Source: a virus (Duplodnaviria > Caudoviricetes). From it: 25,998 nucleotides of DNA. The notes under the pieces were generated by a model. That model did no database searches. It was not told where the DNA came from and saw only the letters and a program-made list of their open reading frames with translations. Positions 25,874-25,998 of the stretch are shown in pieces; within the stretch, counting starts at the first letter, position 1; every line of letters starts with the position of its first letter. Location: positions 1 to 25,998 of the IMG/VR virus record IMGVR_UViG_3300038492_000369. The stretch is one strand, 5' to 3'. The position numbers and the translations under genes are program-made.

Positions 25874-25981
25874 TTATATTCCCATTCTTTTTCTTACTTG
25901 TGACAAAGTTGAGTCATATTCCGGGTTTTCATCAGCATATGATTCAATTGAAGTACCACCTATTTCTTCAAGACCGCTTTT
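25874..25981 (-). CDS. 3' end of a gene truncated by the contig edge
   Basis: Open frame ...SGLEEIGGTSIESYADENPEYDSTLSQVRKRMGI* running in from the primer tag. Confidence 0.4.
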   Translation of the reverse strand, partial: KSGLEEIGGTSIESYADENPEYDSTLSQVRKRMGI

Positions 25982-25998
25982 GATCGTGACTGGGAAAC
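25982..25998 (-). other. Random-amplification primer tag (reverse complement), library artefact
   Basis: GATCGTGACTGGGAAAC is the reverse complement of positions 1-17. Confidence 0.93.

Noticed and set aside
1-25998. 19-bp perfect terminal inverted repeat suggesting a linear genome with ITRs or a transposon
   Set aside because: 17 of the 19 bases are the random-PCR primer tag GTTTCCCAGTCACGATC and the other two are AA. The right end cuts an ORF, and no protein-primed polymerase or transposase is present. The contig is a fragment.
1-25998. CRISPR array, tRNA/rRNA, integrase, introns/inteins or stop-codon recoding
   Set aside because: None seen by eye. Intergenic gaps are short, TerL and capsid have normal length, and genes tile the window under the standard code. 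A tRNAscan/Infernal run would be needed to exclude small RNAs.

Overview
Partial genome of an AT-rich tailed dsDNA phage (Caudoviricetes). Both ends carry the random-amplification primer tag GTTTCCCAGTCACGATC, so the apparent terminal inverted repeat is a library artefact. Positions ~37-3037 (+) hold small early/DNA-metabolism genes: an NGO0469/DUF669-like OB-fold protein, a divergent SSB, a RuvC-like resolvase and a stand-alone RNA polymerase alpha-CTD-like protein. They converge on a long minus-strand late operon: TerS, TerL, portal fused to a gpF/gp7-like domain, AT-hook/Zn-finger microprotein, HK97-type protease and capsid, neck genes, two paralogous tail-tube-like genes, a tail chaperone with a -1 frameshift, a short (352 aa) tape measure protein, two small tail-tip genes, three large adhesin/fibre/beta-helix genes and four membrane or exported proteins. 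No endolysin is recognisable. The most unusual signal is that all three large tail-adhesin-position proteins begin with Sec-type signal peptides and are enriched in Thr-Asn dipeptides, unlike the head proteins. My hypothesis is that the receptor-binding apparatus is exported, possibly host-modified, and assembled outside the cytoplasm. All product calls come from motif recognition and synteny by eye; no searches were run.
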